A stretch of 63,819 nt of DNA, counting the filler, from Lama guanicoe (Eukaryota): NCBI GenBank assembly GCA_013239625.1. It is 148 parts of 148 records of this genome, joined end to end, with 100 filler letters (N's around TTAATTAATTAA, not from the genome) between each part and the next. Parts side by side here need not be neighbours in the genome. Positions count along the whole stretch, not along the records: positions 38,818 to 39,149 come from PNXV01056625.1; positions 39,250 to 39,581 come from PNXV01056626.1; positions 39,682 to 40,013 come from PNXV01056627.1; positions 40,114 to 40,444 come from PNXV01056628.1; positions 40,545 to 40,876 come from PNXV01056629.1; positions 40,977 to 41,308 come from PNXV01056630.1; positions 41,409 to 41,740 come from PNXV01056631.1; positions 41,841 to 42,173 come from PNXV01056632.1; 140 more parts are not named here. The stretch is one strand, 5' to 3'. A model generated the notes under the pieces. It was not told where the DNA came from and did not search any database. It saw nothing but the letters and a program-made list of their open reading frames with translations. The translations under genes and the position numbers were made by a program. Position 1 is the first letter of the stretch. Each line of letters opens with the position of its first letter. Positions 38,718 through 51,511 of the stretch are shown here, one piece after another.

Positions 38718-40113
38718 NNNNNNNNNNNNNNNNNNNNNNNNNNNNNNNNNNNNNNNNNNNNTTAATTAATTAANNNNNNNNNNNNNNNNNNNNNNNNNNN
38801 NNNNNNNNNNNNNNNNNGCTGCACCGAGGCTGAAGTGGACGAGGCAGGGCTGAGGAGCAGGGGTGGCATCAGTGGGAAGGGGTCTTATCACTGTTTATAA
38901 GGACTGAGGTTTCACTGAGTGAGACCACGAGGCACCGGGCAGCTCTGTGCTGTGGGGTGAACATGACTTCAGTAAAAAGAATCGTCCCAGGTACCGGGTA
39001 GACTGTGATGGGCAAAAGTGGACTCAGGGGACAGCGAGGAAGAGGATGCAGACACGCAGGAGGAAGATGGTGGCGGCTTGGAGCAGAGCATCCCCAGTGG
39101 AGGTGGCTGGACTCGGTGTGGAAGGCAGTGCCCACTGGCTTCGCTGAGCNNNNNNNNNNNNNNNNNNNNNNNNNNNNNNNNNNNNNNNNNNNNTTAATTA
39201 ATTAANNNNNNNNNNNNNNNNNNNNNNNNNNNNNNNNNNNNNNNNNNNNTAAGGACCAATGTGAGATTTCACAATAGCTAACTCATTACCTTTACCTCCA
39301 TGGAATTTGCTTGGATATAAATTGTGAACTCTGTTATGCCACATAGCATGCCTTAATAATTTTGGAAGTTAGACCCGGCCAAAACACATCAACAGTTGAG
39401 AACTGGCAAACTTGCTTTGTCAACTTGTTCATGAGTCTTGCTTGGATGGTTGACTCAGACACACAAAAGCGAGGGCCACCACCACCTGAAGGCTCACGGT
39501 CACTCAGGAGTGGGATGGAAAGAGAGGCAGAAGGACAAACAGATAAGAAGGCTCAGCTGCCTGACTCTTTTGCTTGGAGAANNNNNNNNNNNNNNNNNNN
39601 NNNNNNNNNNNNNNNNNNNNNNNNNTTAATTAATTAANNNNNNNNNNNNNNNNNNNNNNNNNNNNNNNNNNNNNNNNNNNNATTCACCCACGAAAACATA
39701 CCTGTACACAAATAAATTCGCCAGCTAATAGTCATCACTTTGCTATAGACAACAGGTCTGTTTCAACACTTTTCAAAAGACATAAACTTTATGAAGATTC
39801 TAATACCATCAAACCGCCTTAAAAAAATGCCACCGTATAAACTGGGTTTCATATATGGAGAAAAAGCTAAATGTTAATAATTCAAATATTTATTAGATAA
39901 GTGTTTCAAAACACTTCTTTAAAATACTAAGTTCCCTTTCTCTAAATACTCAGTACTATGAAACATGGAAACACCCCTTACACAGAGTACCTCGGATTTA
40001 ACATAACAGGACTNNNNNNNNNNNNNNNNNNNNNNNNNNNNNNNNNNNNNNNNNNNNTTAATTAATTAANNNNNNNNNNNNNNNNNNNNNNNNNNNNNNN
40101 NNNNNNNNNNNNN

Positions 40114-40444
40114 GTGAAATCTAAAAAAAAAAAAAGGAAGAAAGAAAGAAAAAAAGAGGATACTAATGAACTCATCTATGAAGCAGAAACAGACTCTGAC
40201 TTAGTAAACAATCTCATGGTTATGGGGGAAAGGGAGTGGGAAGGGATAAACTTGGGAGTTTGATATTTGCAAATGTTAACCACTATATATATATATATAT
40301 ATATAAACAGATTAAAAAAGAAGTTTCTTCTGTATAGCACAGGGAACTATATTCAACATCTTACACTAACTTTCAATGAAAACGAATATATATACGCATG
40401 ACTGGGACATTATGCTGCACACCAGAAACTGACACAGTGTAACT
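40114..40444 (+). mobile_element. Lineage-specific L1 3' UTR
   Basis: actaatgaactcatcta...gggataaacttgggagtttga...tgtatagcacagggaactatattcaa...caccagaaactgacaca. Confidence 0.9.
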
Positions 40445-40649
40445 NNNNNNNNNNNNNNNNNNNNNNNNNNNNNNNNNNNNNNNNNNNNTTAATTAATTAA
40501 NNNNNNNNNNNNNNNNNNNNNNNNNNNNNNNNNNNNNNNNNNNNGGCGAGGCTGAGTGGTCGGGGGCCGGGCGCGGCTCAGCCGGCCGGTGAGTCCCCTG
40601 GCGGGCAGGGCCGGTGGCGCCTTCCCCGCGGCCTGGCGCCGGAGCCACC

Positions 40650-40876
40650 ATGTCGTTGGCCCTCGAGGAGACGCTCGAGTCCGACTGGGTGGCCGTGAGG
40701 CCGCATGTGCTGGAGGAAAAGGAGAAGCACAGGTTTGTCTCCGTTGTCTCCGGGAACAAGGAGAACAAGATTGAGGCTAAGTTTGCCATAAGCTGCCACA
40801 ACCAGCCGGCCCAGAGGCAGAGCAGCTCCCAGGATCAGGCGGGTGTGCGAGGGGGCGCCGAGCCTGGCGCACCCAC
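40650..40876 (+). CDS. JMY: JMY-like N-terminal coding region, diverged (paralog, retrocopy or pseudogene); open to contig end
   Basis: Kozak gccaccATG at 40650; MSLALEETLESDWVAVRPHV...EKH.FV...IE.KFAI.CHN..AQRQ matches the remembered JMY N-terminus (MSFALEETLESDWVAVRPHVFDEREKHKF...); GC-rich 5' UTR 40545-40649. Confidence 0.88.
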
Positions 40877-40976
40877 NNNNNNNNNNNNNNNNNNNNNNNN
40901 NNNNNNNNNNNNNNNNNNNNTTAATTAATTAANNNNNNNNNNNNNNNNNNNNNNNNNNNNNNNNNNNNNNNNNNNN

Positions 40977-41308
40977 CAGATCCTCTTGGCTCTGAAATTA
41001 CCCTTCTGTGGGCCCAATGTTATCAGTCACTATTTCTGTGATATGCAGCCTTTGTTGAAACTTGCCTGCACCAACACTTATGTCATCAATCTACTCATTG
41101 TGTTTAACAGCGGGGCCATGTGCATGGTGAGTTTCACAGTGCTGCTTATCTCCTATGTTTTCATCTTACTTCTCTGAGTAATCAGACTGCAGAAGGAAGA
41201 AGGAAAGCCCTCTCCACCTGCACCTCCCACAGTATTGTTATCATCTTGTGCTTTGAACCGTGTGTATTCACATGCACTCGACCTCTATCTGTATTTCCAA
41301 TGGACAAG
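40977..41308 (+). pseudogene. Olfactory receptor family 4 (OR4C-like) fragment with 1-bp deletion frameshift near 41168
   Basis: [28 protein letters not shown]...NSGAMC...SYVFIL continues in another frame as [20 protein letters not shown]...RP...FPMDK. Confidence 0.9.
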
Positions 41309-41840
41309 NNNNNNNNNNNNNNNNNNNNNNNNNNNNNNNNNNNNNNNNNNNNTTAATTAATTAANNNNNNNNNNNNNNNNNNNNNNNNNNNNNNNNNNNN
41401 NNNNNNNNAATAAGTATACTCTATTATCATCTCAAAAGACATTGTCTTTTTTTTAAATACAAAAACTCAGGCATAAACATTTCTTTTCCTTAAACTGATG
41501 ACTTTTAAGATTTCAACTCTAGAAAAAATACTATGGCCAACTTAAACTCTATACTGATAAACTACATGTGTTATCTAATTATACTGCAATATTTGTATAC
41601 AGAAACCTATATATACATTTCTACAATTGATGTACAATAGCTACTAAAACTGCCTTAAGAAATGTGGTGCAAGGAAGGTTCAAACTGAGTAAAAGATCAG
41701 TCTCTTAAACACATTTCTTTCACTGCTAATTAGAGACAATNNNNNNNNNNNNNNNNNNNNNNNNNNNNNNNNNNNNNNNNNNNNTTAATTAATTAANNNN
41801 NNNNNNNNNNNNNNNNNNNNNNNNNNNNNNNNNNNNNNNN

Positions 41841-42173
41841 AAACGGAGTTGGAGCAAGTGCCACCCCTTATATATATAGGTAGGCCTGTCTCCATAAAAC
41901 AGAATCTCTCTGCACACAAGGTAGGTGAAGGAAGGTTTCCACACACATTCAGATCCTAGAAGAGAACATGTTGAGAAATATTCATTGAGCTAGCCTAAAG
42001 TACAAGGGTACATCTAGAAATACTGACTCAGATTTTTCAGCATGTTTCTAGGTCCGGTTTCAATTAAAGGTAGCTTGCATTGGAAAGCCAAGCTGGAGCT
42101 AATGCTTCCCCTTATATATATGGATAGGCCTGTCTCCCTAACACAGAATCTGTGTTCCCTACAAGTTAGGTGA
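41841..42173. repeat. Satellite-like tandem repeat, ~244-bp monomer (~1.4 copies)
   Basis: ccccttatatata at 41864 and 42108, and taggcctgtctcc at 41881 and 42125; both offsets are 244. Confidence 0.85.
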
Positions 42174-42273
42174 NNNNNNNNNNNNNNNNNNNNNNNNNNN
42201 NNNNNNNNNNNNNNNNNTTAATTAATTAANNNNNNNNNNNNNNNNNNNNNNNNNNNNNNNNNNNNNNNNNNNN

Positions 42274-42500
42274 AAAAAGATCTTAATGAGTTATTTCAAG
42301 TTTGCATGTTCATGGACTGGAAGACTCAATATAGTTGGGATGTCAATTCTTTTCAACTTGGTTTGTAGACTCAAATGCAATCCCAATCAAAATGCCAGCA
42401 AGTTATTTTGTTGGTATCAACAAACTGATTCCAGCATTAAGACAGACGAGCAAAAGACTAGTACAGCTAACACAATACTGAAGACAAAATGAAGTAGAAG
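42274..42500 (+). mobile_element. Old L1 ORF2 fragment
   Basis: catgttcatggactggaagactcaatatagtt (CSWxGRLNIV)...aatgcaatcccaatcaaaat. Confidence 0.88.
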
Positions 42501-42706
42501 CAGGGGGAGGGGAATGAGAGGAAAGAAAAGAAGAGGAAGAAGAGGAGGAGGAAGAACACAGGAGGACTGACACTATTTAACTTTAAGATTTAATATGATG
42601 CTACANNNNNNNNNNNNNNNNNNNNNNNNNNNNNNNNNNNNNNNNNNNNTTAATTAATTAANNNNNNNNNNNNNNNNNNNNNNNNNNNNNNNNNNNNNNN
42701 NNNNNG

Positions 42707-43036
<330 letters not shown>

Positions 43037-43138
43037 GTNNNNNNNNNNNNNNNNNNNNNNNNNNNNNNNNNNNNNNNNNNNNTTAATTAATTAANNNNNN
43101 NNNNNNNNNNNNNNNNNNNNNNNNNNNNNNNNNNNNNN

Positions 43139-43471
43139 TTTTTTTTTTCCTAAAGTAAGAAAACTAATATACTTTAAAAAAGAGTGAAAATAGAATCACA
43201 TAAAATGTTCAATTAAAACCACAAAAAGCAAAGCATGGAAGACAAACATAGGAACAAAGAAGACAGGCAAAAGATAGAAAACAGTAAAAAATATTATAGC
43301 TATTAAACCAACAATATCAATAATTTTTGAATATAAGTAGTTTAAATTTACCAATTAAAAGAGAATATTGGATTCAATAAAGAAAAAGAAAGACCCAACA
43401 TTACGTTGTTTACAAAAACCCACTTTAAATATGAAGTCACACATAGATTAAAAGTAAATGGATTGAGAAAA
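43139..43471 (+). mobile_element. Old L1 inter-ORF/ORF2 start fragment
   Basis: atatcaataattttgaatataagtagtttaaatttaccaattaaaaga...gacccaac...gttgtttacaa...agattaaaagtaaatggat. Confidence 0.8.
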
Positions 43472-44870
43472 NNNNNNNNNNNNNNNNNNNNNNNNNNNNN
43501 NNNNNNNNNNNNNNNTTAATTAATTAANNNNNNNNNNNNNNNNNNNNNNNNNNNNNNNNNNNNNNNNNNNNACACACACACACACAAAGAGAAAAAAATG
43601 TGATTAGAAGAAATTACCCTGAGAACCTTCTTCTGCTGTAGTCATTTTTGTCATTTTACAGTAGTTAATCTATTTCAAATTATATCTGTTTTTTATAAAT
43701 ACAAGACAGAGATCTAATTCCAACATACCTTTCTTATTAGGGTAAACAACAGCTAATTGTGATACGATGTTAATTCAGTTTGACAGAAGGCATGTAATGA
43801 AATAAAACTTTCAGATCCTACTAGTGTAGGGGTACTATGCTTCATGGTCATTTTCAACAGCATTGCGGTTGGTGGTTAATGACACGCACGTCCTGGAGAG
43901 AGAGNNNNNNNNNNNNNNNNNNNNNNNNNNNNNNNNNNNNNNNNNNNNTTAATTAATTAANNNNNNNNNNNNNNNNNNNNNNNNNNNNNNNNNNNNNNNN
44001 NNNNGCTTTAAACACATTTTCTCAGTGAACTTACTTGAAATTCAACCTCATTGTCACTTTTTCCTATACATTAAAAAACAAAACTAGCATACTGTCAATG
44101 CTTAGAATCCCTTTACAAAAAAAGTATTTTGCAATAAAAGAAAAATATTTTGTTGTGATATAATTCATTGATATTATTCTCTTCCTATAAAAATAACAAT
44201 TCTACACAATCCACATTTCTCATTAATTTTACGAAGTAAACAAGTATTCCTAGAACCAGTTGGAGGGAAAAAAAAGGAAGTTTATCAAAAATATCTTTTT
44301 CCATGAACAGATAACCATTTTTTTTGTTTTTTTTTTTNNNNNNNNNNNNNNNNNNNNNNNNNNNNNNNNNNNNNNNNNNNNTTAATTAATTAANNNNNNN
44401 NNNNNNNNNNNNNNNNNNNNNNNNNNNNNNNNNNNNNATCTGTCTATGTGACGCTGTTAGTTTTGGAGCTTAAGTAGTACCATGAGACTTACACTGGGTT
44501 ATCTGTCATACTGGCAGTGCTCACAGAAGCTCATGAGACTGTTTACACATACATCAGGGGGGTGAAGCACATCTCTCCTGTCTCTAGGAGAAGAAATAAA
44601 GGCACCTGGAGCCAAAAGGGGAAGAATTGGTATTTACACTAGATTTAGATACAGCCCCAGTTGCTGCTTCCTAGATTAGGGGATTGCAGGCTAAAGTTTG
44701 ATTTGGGTCCTGGGAGAACAGCCTAAAAGCTCAGTAAGCTGGCTTCTCTGACTTTTCAGAATGACCTAAGNNNNNNNNNNNNNNNNNNNNNNNNNNNNNN
44801 NNNNNNNNNNNNNNTTAATTAATTAANNNNNNNNNNNNNNNNNNNNNNNNNNNNNNNNNNNNNNNNNNNN

Positions 44871-45202
44871 TAATGTCATTTGCAGCAACATGGGTGGATC
44901 TAGAGATTATCATACTAAGAAAAGTAGGTAAGACAGAGAAAAAACAAGTATCATACGTTATCATTTATATATGGAATCTAAAAAAATGACACAAGTGAAC
45001 TTATTTACAAAATGGAAACAAACTCACAGAAAACAAACTTATGGTTACCAGGGAGGAAATGGGGCATAAATTAAGAGTTTGGGACTAGCAGATACAAATT
45101 ACCATATACAGAATAGACAGACAACAAGATCCTACTGTACAGCACAGGAAACTGTATTCAATAGCTTATAATAAACTATAATGAAGAAGAACATGAAAAA
45201 AA
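44871..45202 (+). mobile_element. Lineage-specific L1 3' UTR
   Basis: atttgcagcaacatgggtggatctagagattatcatactaag...acaagatcctactgtacagcacagg. Confidence 0.92.
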
Positions 45203-45302
45203 NNNNNNNNNNNNNNNNNNNNNNNNNNNNNNNNNNNNNNNNNNNNTTAATTAATTAANNNNNNNNNNNNNNNNNNNNNNNNNNNNNNNNNNNNNNNNNN
45301 NN

Positions 45303-45635
45303 CTGGACACTCTCCCCTAGGCCCCGGTCGGGTCCCGCGTCCCTTTCCCTGCCGCACCCTCCCAAGCGCGTCTGATGGGCGGGCAGGAATGTCGCACCCT
45401 CCACACAGAAAAGGGCGGAAGAGGGAGGGGTTCGTTCACAGGTGTTTGCATTAGAGGGCACCTGGGGTCCCGTTCCAAGCCTGTCGTCCGCCTGACCCCC
45501 ACCGCCCGCCTTGCGTTTGCCCTCGCCCGCAGGTGCAGAGCGAGCTGAGAAGGAAGTGGCGAGGCCTGTGCCCGAGCCGGCCCTCCGGCCGGGACTACAG
45601 GCTGCATAGCTCGTCCATCTCCAGGAACGGCTCGG
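45303..45635. promoter_or_regulatory. CpG-island fragment (promoter/first-exon-like)
   Basis: High GC, dense CpG, several GGGCGG/CCGCCC boxes; no recognisable repeat or protein. Confidence 0.6.
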
Positions 45636-46168
45636 NNNNNNNNNNNNNNNNNNNNNNNNNNNNNNNNNNNNNNNNNNNNTTAATTAATTAANNNNNNNNN
45701 NNNNNNNNNNNNNNNNNNNNNNNNNNNNNNNNNNNAAAAGAGGTGATGCATTAGCTCCAGGCTATGAAACGTGAATTAAGCCTAGTGTTATTATTAATCC
45801 TCCATCAGGGTTGTCCCCGCTCAGTCTTTCGGGGTAATTTTCAGTCAGCTAGTGGGCAAAACACGTAGACAAGGGGTCTTCTTCCTCGTGCATGCTAATG
45901 CTCTCATTTCACAGACTGGAAACAGGGACCGGAAGAGGGAGGTAGCTTCCCAAGATCAGGCACTGGCGTGTCGCGCCTAGTCCTGTGCCCACACATTGTG
46001 CTGGAGAACGACCCGCCCCGCGGAGGGGACTCTGGGTGGTTTCAGCTTTAGTCTTCTGTCTTTTCTCANNNNNNNNNNNNNNNNNNNNNNNNNNNNNNNN
46101 NNNNNNNNNNNNTTAATTAATTAANNNNNNNNNNNNNNNNNNNNNNNNNNNNNNNNNNNNNNNNNNNN

Positions 46169-46370
46169 AACCGTACACCATCATTAAATAGAATTTATCC
46201 GTGGGATGCAAGAATGTCTCAATATATGCAAATTAATAAATGATAAATCACATCAACAGAACAAAACTACAATTCATATGATCATCTCAATTGATGCAGA
46301 ACTATTTGACAAAACTGAGTATCTATGATAATAATGCTCAACAAATTAGGTATAGAAGGAAAGTATCTGG
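46169..46370 (+). mobile_element. L1 ORF2 reverse-transcriptase fragment
   Basis: gggatgcaagaatg...catatgatcatctcaattgatgcaga (HMIISIDAE). Confidence 0.9.
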
Positions 46371-48766
46371 GTGTAGTGGGAGGGAAATCCTCACTTATAA
46401 TTCAAAATAATAAGTTTGTACCCACACAAATTTGGGGGCAGAGTGTGTACATTGTGAGTGGGTGAAAAATTCCAAGACAAAAATGTAAGTTAAAGTGGTC
46501 CNNNNNNNNNNNNNNNNNNNNNNNNNNNNNNNNNNNNNNNNNNNNTTAATTAATTAANNNNNNNNNNNNNNNNNNNNNNNNNNNNNNNNNNNNNNNNNNN
46601 NCCCACCCTCCCCCCACCCTCCTCTTTCCTGTGCTTCCAAGGCCATGGCGACCTGTTTTCTGAGTAGAAACTGCTATAATCAGAGATTTGTGGAAACCAG
46701 TTTCAAGGCAGCCTGCCTTGGGTACTATTAGGCCCTAGGCCTCAGTTCAAGGTTCCCCTGAAACCTTCCAACAGGGAGAGAACAGGGCTGTCAGCCGTGT
46801 GAACACCGTGGGCCCTTCCCCAGCTCAGCTTTCTCAGGTGAATGACTCTGGGGGCAAGTCGGACAGAGCCGGGCCCCCAGGCCTGGGACCCAAAGGTGAA
46901 AGGCCTTTGGTGCCTCTTGCAACCAGGACTGGTTNNNNNNNNNNNNNNNNNNNNNNNNNNNNNNNNNNNNNNNNNNNNTTAATTAATTAANNNNNNNNNN
47001 NNNNNNNNNNNNNNNNNNNNNNNNNNNNNNNNNNCCCTGCAGCCAGGCGGGCAGGGCCAGGCCAGCCACACAAACTCAGCCAGGAGGGCCCCCACCCAGG
47101 ACATGACGGCCTTCAAACAGCGCTTTTCCCCTTGAGTGTGGTTTCCTGAAGCCCGATCTCCCGCCTTGTGGGGCTGGTGACTCTTACGCTCCCTTCCAGG
47201 ATCAAAGGGGAGGACACAGTAGTCCTGGGCACCTGTCAAGCCCACATCCCAGGAGCCTCTGACGGCCCAGCCTCTGCCCTGGCTCTTGCCTCCATCCTTG
47301 GTGCAGCTGAAGGCTTGGAAATGGCCACCCTCTGCGATGTTAGGCAGCGGGGAGGGTCCCTCTGGGTNNNNNNNNNNNNNNNNNNNNNNNNNNNNNNNNN
47401 NNNNNNNNNNNTTAATTAATTAANNNNNNNNNNNNNNNNNNNNNNNNNNNNNNNNNNNNNNNNNNNNCAAAAACTTGCTGGAAATTGCTTCAGTGAAATT
47501 CTAATTATGTGGTCAACCAAGAGAGACACACAGAGAGAGACAAAAACAGGAGGCTACTTCGTAAATGACAGACCAGGAGACAATAAACTGAAATGTAAAA
47601 ACTTGACAAAGACTAATATTTGAGAATGCATGAGAGTCCTAAAATTACAAAGAGAGAAAAACAATAAAAATGCAATTCAGCAAAGATCGAAAACAGGCAA
47701 ATCATAAAAGGGACACCTAAAAAGCGAACCGGTTCAGAAAAAGATGCTGAAATTCACAGGAAGGTAGACATTTTCAAAGAAAAGTGGCAGAAAGACGTCA
47801 NNNNNNNNNNNNNNNNNNNNNNNNNNNNNNNNNNNNNNNNNNNNTTAATTAATTAANNNNNNNNNNNNNNNNNNNNNNNNNNNNNNNNNNNNNNNNNNNN
47901 CCGGGCTATAGCTCAGTAGACTCTCCTTACACGTCCACACTCAAGGGACGCACCCTAGTGCACGGCCATAGGCGGTCCCATCACCTCGGGAACCAGTGAG
48001 TTCAGGAGCCCTCGATCTTCATGTGCCTGAAAGGCCTGAGTCTCATGTAACCACATCCTGGCACCTGACCATAGGAGACACTTGACCAACAGCGATAGGG
48101 AAGCTGCTGCGCTCACGTGACTGCTAGGGCTTTGTCTGCCGCGTGTGGTGGGAGCCACATTGTTGCCTATATGTGGATCTACAGAGTTTCGTTGCCCACA
48201 ACCTTCACATGACAGAGACGGCTGAACTGGTCANNNNNNNNNNNNNNNNNNNNNNNNNNNNNNNNNNNNNNNNNNNNTTAATTAATTAANNNNNNNNNNN
48301 NNNNNNNNNNNNNNNNNNNNNNNNNNNNNNNNNTTTATACACTGAAAACAAAATAATGGTTGGAATCTACAAACCCTAGCATGAAAATGAGCTTTGTGCT
48401 AAACAGAACCATCAGCCCTTCATGGAGTGGGGAAATGCTGGGGTCAGCCGCACTTCATGGAAAGATACATGCAAGGTGATAGTAGGGATGTTTGTGTCCT
48501 GGTGTTCAGGTGGCTCCTCCACTTAGAGGAGACGGACACTGGGGATGACAGCAGTGACCCCAGGGAAACAACAAATCCAGAGGTGTAGTTAACACTGTCA
48601 ACATCTTTTGAAGGAAAGAAATTCCAGGGATATTTTAGGGGTATGAACATGAGAACCTTATAAGTANNNNNNNNNNNNNNNNNNNNNNNNNNNNNNNNNN
48701 NNNNNNNNNNTTAATTAATTAANNNNNNNNNNNNNNNNNNNNNNNNNNNNNNNNNNNNNNNNNNNN

Positions 48767-49099
48767 TTAATTATTATAGCCTTTATCTCTAAGTTTGTTG
48801 TTTGGTACTTTTTAATATTTTCTGTATCTTTGTTAAAATTCTTTCTTTGTTCATGCGTTGATTTCTTCTTTTTGGTGAGGACTTTTGGACCATTATTTTG
48901 AACTTTCTATAAGGTAAATCATGTATTTCATTTCATTAGGATTGTTTTCTGGAGATTCATCTTGTATTTGTTTGAAATACATTACCCTGTTTCTCACTTT
49001 TCTTGACTCTTTATGTTGGTTTCTGCACATTAGATATAACAACCACTTCACCTGTTCTTGACAGACTGGCCTCATGTAGGAGATGTACCTTGTCAATCA
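48767..49099 (-). mobile_element. Old L1 5'/ORF1 fragment
   Basis: Antisense T-rich; minus strand tgcagaaaccaacataaagagtcaagaaaagtgagaaacaggg...aatgaaatacatgatttacct. Confidence 0.7.
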
Positions 49100-51364
49100 N
49101 NNNNNNNNNNNNNNNNNNNNNNNNNNNNNNNNNNNNNNNNNNNTTAATTAATTAANNNNNNNNNNNNNNNNNNNNNNNNNNNNNNNNNNNNNNNNNNNNA
49201 TACGTTTAACATCTCTGTAAGTAAAGATTCTCCCAGGAACCCAATCACTTTATTAAAAAGAATCTAGTAAAAACATACTTATTTGTTTATTCTACTTACT
49301 CATTTTTGTACACACACACACAGAGAAAACAAGCCAAATTCTACTGCAAAGGCCAGAACGTATTACAAGCCACGTACCGTCGGTAGTGTCAGACACTGGC
49401 CCAACTCTGAGAACAGGAGCTGAAACAACAGCCGTTTCCCCCAGAGACCCTCACACACGTCAGGACTGTCCTCAGCCCTGGGAGTGTCCTAAGACTGGCC
49501 CCAGTGAGGCAGACAGAGAGAGAGGCTTCTCANNNNNNNNNNNNNNNNNNNNNNNNNNNNNNNNNNNNNNNNNNNNTTAATTAATTAANNNNNNNNNNNN
49601 NNNNNNNNNNNNNNNNNNNNNNNNNNNNNNNNTGCATTCAGATTCTAAATTTATTTTGGAGAAAAAATGTGCTATGTCCCCCAAATTTGAGTCTGCCCAA
49701 TGAAGAGTATGTTGCATTCTATTGTTTATTCAATCATTGTTTTTTTTCTTTTTTTAAGTCACTTATCAGAACCATCAACATTTTTCAATAATTTATTTCT
49801 AAATATTGTGTCTTTATTGTCATTATAAATGCTATCTTTTCTGGGTTTTGAATTGGGTCGATTGCTAATAAAGTCTTAATTTCTGGCTTCTCTTGAGTGA
49901 GAATGAGAGCTGACAGTGTGGGGCCCTCTTTCCAATATGGTGACCGTGAGCAGTGCGTTTCATTANNNNNNNNNNNNNNNNNNNNNNNNNNNNNNNNNNN
50001 NNNNNNNNNTTAATTAATTAANNNNNNNNNNNNNNNNNNNNNNNNNNNNNNNNNNNNNNNNNNNNCATTCCGAGGTTTTGAGGGACCACCAGCTTCTGGC
50101 TTTTCATGCCATATCACAGTGTGTATTTACATATGATTTTGCACCAATTGTCTTAATCTTAGAAACTTTGCGGAAAGTTATCCTAAAAGTATTGCTAAAA
50201 ATGTATTGGTAACTATTAAAGATGTGTCTCCGCTCCAGCAACCAATTCTCAGCAGAGAAAGGGTCAGAACGGGTGACGGGACGGGGTGACGGGACAGGGT
50301 CATTCAGTAGCTGGCATTTCCTAACATGGCCTAACTTTACATAAGTAGATTGAAATCCTTCTTGATTATTCTCTCATCTTCCCTTTAGGCCAGAGAAGNN
50401 NNNNNNNNNNNNNNNNNNNNNNNNNNNNNNNNNNNNNNNNNNTTAATTAATTAANNNNNNNNNNNNNNNNNNNNNNNNNNNNNNNNNNNNNNNNNNNNCT
50501 GTGTCTCCTCTGTTGGGTTCATGTTTCGCTGGAGGATCTCTTTATCCTGGGTAGGGTTTCTACCCCATGTCACTCCTGGGGAAAGAGGTCGAAGCTCCCT
50601 CTGGCCATGCCCATGCTTGACCTGTGAGTCAGTCTGGCTGGGTTGACCAGTTGCCTTCCTGAGCCCACGCTGCTCTGTACTGTTGCCAAAGTAAGGTTCT
50701 CCTGCACCCCTGCAGCTGAGGGTGGAGTCCCACTGGGATAACTCAGGGGACCTGGGTTATGGCAGCTTTAAAACAACAGGTTCACTCCAGTCCATCCCTT
50801 TGGCCACCTAATATACACACACAATTTATTCNNNNNNNNNNNNNNNNNNNNNNNNNNNNNNNNNNNNNNNNNNNNTTAATTAATTAANNNNNNNNNNNNN
50901 NNNNNNNNNNNNNNNNNNNNNNNNNNNNNNNGGCCATATGCCTTTTTGGTTCCCTTCTCCTGCAGAGAAACTTGGTGTAATAAACAAGTGCTGCCTACAC
51001 GGCTTATTTTTTCACTCTCAGTTCTCTAAAGACAGGTATTCTGTGACTCCGATTTAAACAAACCCGTAAGTTTCATCATTTTCATTATTTTAGAAGCAGG
51101 TTAATAATCATAGTTTTGAAATTTGTCTTTACATATGTCTGTTATTAATCAGAGTGAAAAAGTCATTAATTTCAAATCCTTTCATGCATATATTGCACTT
51201 TCTGACAACACACAAAATTTGTGTAACTTTTGATCCTTCACTTCTTATCCCAAGGAATTTTTTTNNNNNNNNNNNNNNNNNNNNNNNNNNNNNNNNNNNN
51301 NNNNNNNNTTAATTAATTAANNNNNNNNNNNNNNNNNNNNNNNNNNNNNNNNNNNNNNNNNNNN

Positions 51365-51511
51365 GATCTTTGGAGGTGGTCTCAAGACATGAGTCCACCT
51401 TCTCCCCAGATTGCCAGCTTTTCTGAATAAAGCAACTTTTCCTTCTACCAACACTTGCCTCTCAATTATTGGCTTCTGAGTGGTGAACCACTGAACCTGA
51501 GTTCAGTAACA
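51365..51511 (+). mobile_element. ERV1 LTR 3' end (R-U5), followed by a second LTR-like segment to 51697
   Basis: ttctgAATAAAgcaac...ccaacacttgcctctc...gaacctgagttcagtaaCA terminus; downstream segment ends in ctctataaaa. Confidence 0.75.

Noticed and set aside
46868..46905. Collagen-like AGPPGLGPKGERP peptide
   Set aside because: The Gly-X-Y register is broken, the match is very short and the donor site is weak.
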